Below, piece by piece: positions 59,717 to 64,000 of a DNA stretch of 64,000 nt (positions are counted from its first letter, which is position 1; each line of letters opens with the position of its first letter). The DNA lies in assembly GCA_951406725.2 (NCBI GenBank), contig OX597822.1:9858001-9922000 (forward strand). Direction: 5' to 3'. The notes below the pieces were generated by a model. That model was not told the DNA's origin. It ran no database searches and worked only from the letters and a program-made list of their open reading frames with translations. A program made the position numbers and the translations under genes. Source of the stretch: Octopus vulgaris (Eukaryota).

Positions 59717-60560
59717 GTATATAGGGTATGAAGGAAAATTCTTTGTCGCTGGTTTTGCACTTGTTTTGGTGTTCCAACCACTTCGTGAAAGCATTACGGA
59801 AGAGCTCCAAAGTGACCAGTACCTTTGTCACAGCAACGTTAATTTTCAAAACGAACGCCCCTGAGGTCCTTCAGCTAGAGGAAAAACCAAAGGTCATTGG
59901 GAGCAAGGTATGGACTGTAAGGAGGGTTTTCGAAGTACTGAAGTCCTTTTCTGTTGGTTACGAGGATGCTCAGCACTGAGTATTTTGGGAACAAAATTTG
60001 CATAAATGTTGCGCATGCTTAAATCTTCATGAATAGTTCTGCGTAAAGTTGTTACACAAACTCCTAACTTTATGTTTATTGTCAATGTAGACGCACGACG
60101 GTCCTCACTGAGAACATTCCAAATTTTCTCAACCAGCTCTGGTGTTCCGACATTCCCGTATCATGAAAATGTTCGAAAACATTTGTTCGAAAGCAATAAT
60201 TCGAAAACAATTATTCGAAAAACATTTTTTTTCAGAATAAATATCATTTGTGTATTTGATTTTTAATTTTATCATTTTTGCTTAAATGAAATAAAAAATG
60301 TAGAGTAATTAACATTTCGTATAATTGTCCCTTTGAATAACTTTCATTCAGGCAATTTCCCATTCGAACAAATGTTTTTCGAATAAATGTTTTTCGAATA
60401 ATTGTTTTCGAACAATTATTTTCGCACGATGTTCATATAATCGACATCCCTCTCGCTCCCACACCTCACATCGCTTCTCACCTTTCTTATATCACTGAAC
60501 CACTTGCGTCAACGAAAACGTCTACCCATAAGCAGTCCGGAGTATTTCATCAGTTTTTGT
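59716..60560 (-). mobile_element. Decayed mariner-like relic interrupted by an inverted-repeat element
   Basis: TTLRRTIHEDLSMRNIYANFVPKILS (WVP-motif region) at 59894-60085. Confidence 0.6.
60157..60432. mobile_element. MITE/foldback-like element with 14-15-bp TTCGAA subterminal repeats
   Basis: Four TTCGAA-containing units at each end in opposite orientation. Confidence 0.65.
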
Positions 60561-60708
60561 ACCGTTTATGCCCGTTTATGACGTCCCGACAGCATTCTGC
60601 TAACTAAACAGTGTTTAGTTGTGGGTATTGAAGATGGTGTTATAACTGTATCCCTGAATAACAGAAGGTACAATAATCTAGAAGAGTTATAACTTCAAGA
60701 ATGCACCT

Positions 60709-60779
<71 letters not shown>

Positions 60780-60782
<3 letters not shown>

Positions 60783-61196
60783 CGCACGAGTGGCTGTGTA
60801 GTAAGTAGCTTGCTTACCAACCACATGGTTCCGGGTTCAGTCCCACTGCGTGGCACCTTGGACAAGTGTCTTCTACTATAGTCTCGGGCCGACCAAAGCT
60901 TTGTGAGTGGATTTGGTAGACGGAAACTGAAAGAAGCCCGTCGTATATATGTATATATATGTGTGTGTGTGTGCGTGTGTGTTTGTGTGTCTGTTTGTCC
61001 CCCTAGCATTGCTTGACAACCGATGCGGGTGTGTTTATGTCTCCGTCACTTAGCGGTTCGGCAAAAGAGACCGATAGAATAAGTACTGGGCTTACAAAGA
61101 ATAAGTCCCGGGGTCGAGTTGCTCGACTAAAGGCGGTGCTCCAGCATGGCCGCACTCAACTGACTGAAACAAGTAAAAGAGTAAAAGAGTAAAAGA

Positions 61197-61198
<2 letters not shown>
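60780..61198 (+). mobile_element. SINE family A in (TA)n
   Basis: Full-length match; (AAAAGAGT)n tail. Confidence 0.9.
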
Positions 61199-61235
<37 letters not shown>

Positions 61236-61393
61236 GCAAGATTTTTTACGTGAAATCGTATGTTGAAACAGATATTGTTGTATTTTGGAATGGTCATTTT
61301 GCCAGTTTAGCCAATAAAAACACACGCACTATATATTTGGTGTTACTTTGCTTCAGTGTTATTTATTTTTTACATCAAACTTAATCTTATTTC

Positions 61394-61438
61394 GGCCAGA
61401 GTTCTTTCGTCACACTCCTGTGACCGCATCAGTGGTCC
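61394..61438 (-). ncRNA. Hammerhead-like motif (A9 mutated in this copy)
   Basis: CCA-CTGATGC-G-GTCACA-GGAG-TGTGAC-GAA-AGAACT-C-TGG; complements the defect of the copy at 38356. Confidence 0.55.
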
Positions 61439-61633
61439 TTTGCCTTCTTCTGTCTTATTTGTGTGTCTCTCCTTACTAACCGTCAGCCCTTTTGTATTAC
61501 TATTGTATGTGTCTTCATTTGCGCATGCATATATCTCTATGTGCGTCTATATTTAGTAAGTGTGAACCCAGAACTATGTGGCGTGGAAGCAAGCTTCTTA
61601 CCACAGAGCCACGCCTGCGTCTATATATATATT

Positions 61634-61685
<52 letters not shown>

Positions 61686-62071
61686 TAGAAGATACGATTA
61701 AGCGCGCGGGCATGCATGCACGCACTCTCACACACACAAATGCACGCGCGGCGCGCCTTTTATTGAAAATAAAAGATTTCTCGAACCGAAGAAGGGCTAT
61801 GAAAGCAGCTAAGAGAATCGGACAAGTACCCTTAGAAGACGAAAAAATTGCAGACAGTTTTTCTATGACCTTTGGTTGTTCCTCTAGCTGCGTTTGAGAA
61901 CTCCTTTATTTTCCGAAGAATACGAACCCTCTCGGAGCTTCTAAGCTTGCTTACAATATACATACATGTATATACGACTACATGCATTTACGTGTGTGCA
62001 TGTTTATGTATGTGTGTATGTATGTGTGTGTGTATGTGCGTGTGTGTATATATATATATATATATATACAT

Positions 62072-62122
<51 letters not shown>

Positions 62123-62151
62123 CACATATATATACACATATATGCACACAA

Positions 62152-62250
<99 letters not shown>

Positions 62251-62323
62251 TTTCAATATGTGAGCGCGTGTGTATCGTTGGCGATTTTCTTTCTCCGTCT
62301 TCCCTTCTTTGGACTTTTTCTAC

Positions 62324-62358
62324 ATTTCTGACGAAGAGCTCCGCTCGAAACGTTAAAT
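62324..62358 (+). ncRNA. Canonical-core minimal type-I hammerhead
   Basis: ATTT-CTGACGA-A-GAGC-TCC-GCTC-GAA-ACGT-T-AAAT; loopless palindromic stem III. Confidence 0.8.
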
Positions 62359-62477
62359 CCTCTTTCTTTTCTTTCCTTTCCTGCGCGTCCAAAAACACTG
62401 TACTTATTCCACGTGCTCGCGTTATTGTTTTTTTTTGCTTGTTCACGTTTGGATTAACTATATTATATATATTATAT

Positions 62478-62519
<42 letters not shown>

Positions 62520-62885
62520 GGCGGCCCAAAAGTAAGTTTACAGTTATCCAACTATTCCTTTCGCATTCATATTTTAACAGTTTGATCCTAATTATTAAAA
62601 AAGTTTGAACCCATTATTCTATGCTGATTTAGTTTTATATATATATATTATTGTTGTATTTTTATATAATATATATATATTATTGTTGTATTTTTTACGC
62701 CAAATAAACACTCGTTTATTACTGTTCTTATTCTAATTCGTCTAGCCGGTTCTGAAGATATCACAGGTTGGGTGGCCTTTCCATATATTTTCAGTCAATC
62801 AATCGATCAGTTGACAAGATTGAACCATGAATACATTCAAACGCTCTAATAATTGAATTATTTCTGCCGATTTTCTACACACACA

Positions 62886-62917
<32 letters not shown>

Positions 62918-63148
62918 TACACACACAGACATACACATATACACACATGCACACACACACACACATACACACTCACATACACATACACACACACATACAC
63001 ATACACACACATACACACACATACACACATACACACACACATACACACACATACACACACATACACACATACACACACATACACACAGACACACATACAC
63101 ATACACACATACACATACACACACACACATACACATGCACACACACAC

Positions 63149-63179
<31 letters not shown>

Positions 63180-63371
63180 TATACATACATACAGATACAC
63201 GTTTTGTACACGTAGGTGCAGGCGTTGTTGTGTAGTAAGACATTTGTTTTCTGCCCATGTGGTTCCGAATTCAGTCTCACTACCTGGTAAATTGAGCAAG
63301 CTTCAGGCCGATCAAAATAGTTGTATTTGAAGACGGAAACTGAAGGAAGCCAGTTGTGTGTGTGTATATAT

Positions 63372-63390
63372 GCTAGGGGGACAAACACAA

Positions 63391-63427
<37 letters not shown>

Positions 63428-63598
63428 CATATATACGACAGGCTTCTTTCAGTTTCCGTCTACCAAATCCACTCACAAGGCATTGGTCGGCCCGGGGCTA
63501 TAGCAGAAGACACTTGCCCAAGATGCCAGGCAGTGGGACTGAACCCGGAACCATGTGGCTCGTAGGCAAGCAACTTAACACACAGCCACTCCTACGCC

Positions 63599-63599
<1 letters not shown>
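63372..63599 (-). mobile_element. SINE family A, 5' half
   Basis: Family match. Confidence 0.85.
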
Positions 63600-63676
<77 letters not shown>

Positions 63677-64000
63677 TGTGTGTGTGTACTTAAGTACATC
63701 TGTGTATCTATCTTTGTGTCTGTGCTTGTTTCCCACTCCCACTTGACAACCGGTGTTGGTGTGTTTACATTTCCGTAAATTAGAGGCCTGTGGAATAATT
63801 ACCAGGCTTAAAAATAGTACATATAGATGCATATACATGTTTTATTTTTATCTTTTAACTTGTTTCAGTTTTTAGACTGCGGCCATGCTGGAACACCGCC
63901 TTGAAGAAACTTAGTCGGACGAACTGACCCCAGTGCTTATTACCTTTTGAATATAATAAGTACTGGTACTCATCCTTTGGTCGGAGGGCTTGGTCCAGGG

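Overview
Repeat-saturated eukaryotic DNA with no recognisable host gene. The microsatellite load and SINE types suggest an octopus/cephalopod genome (inference). Most listed ORFs are microsatellite artefacts. Real coding remnants: a 5'-truncated but stop-free CR1/L2-group LINE ORF2 (APE end plus RT, 4148-~6700, minus), a Penelope-like GIY-YIG endonuclease within a 569-bp inverted pseudo-LTR structure (8336-10037), mariner and Tc1 relics, a Helitron Rep fragment with three non-autonomous Helitrons, and short RLE-type and Tx1-like 3' ends. Two abundant tRNA-derived SINE families and a ~10-kb satellite of ~380-bp units (45801-55917) are also present. The most interesting signal is absent from the ORF track: about ten minimal type-I hammerhead-ribozyme-like motifs from about eight sequence-unrelated families, mostly in short inserts in or beside (TA)n arrays. 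They have palindromic stem III and core variants (U3-A8, U4C), and some have been converted into long fold-back hairpins centred on or near stem II. All motifs were folded by eye, none is tested, and most boundaries are approximate.
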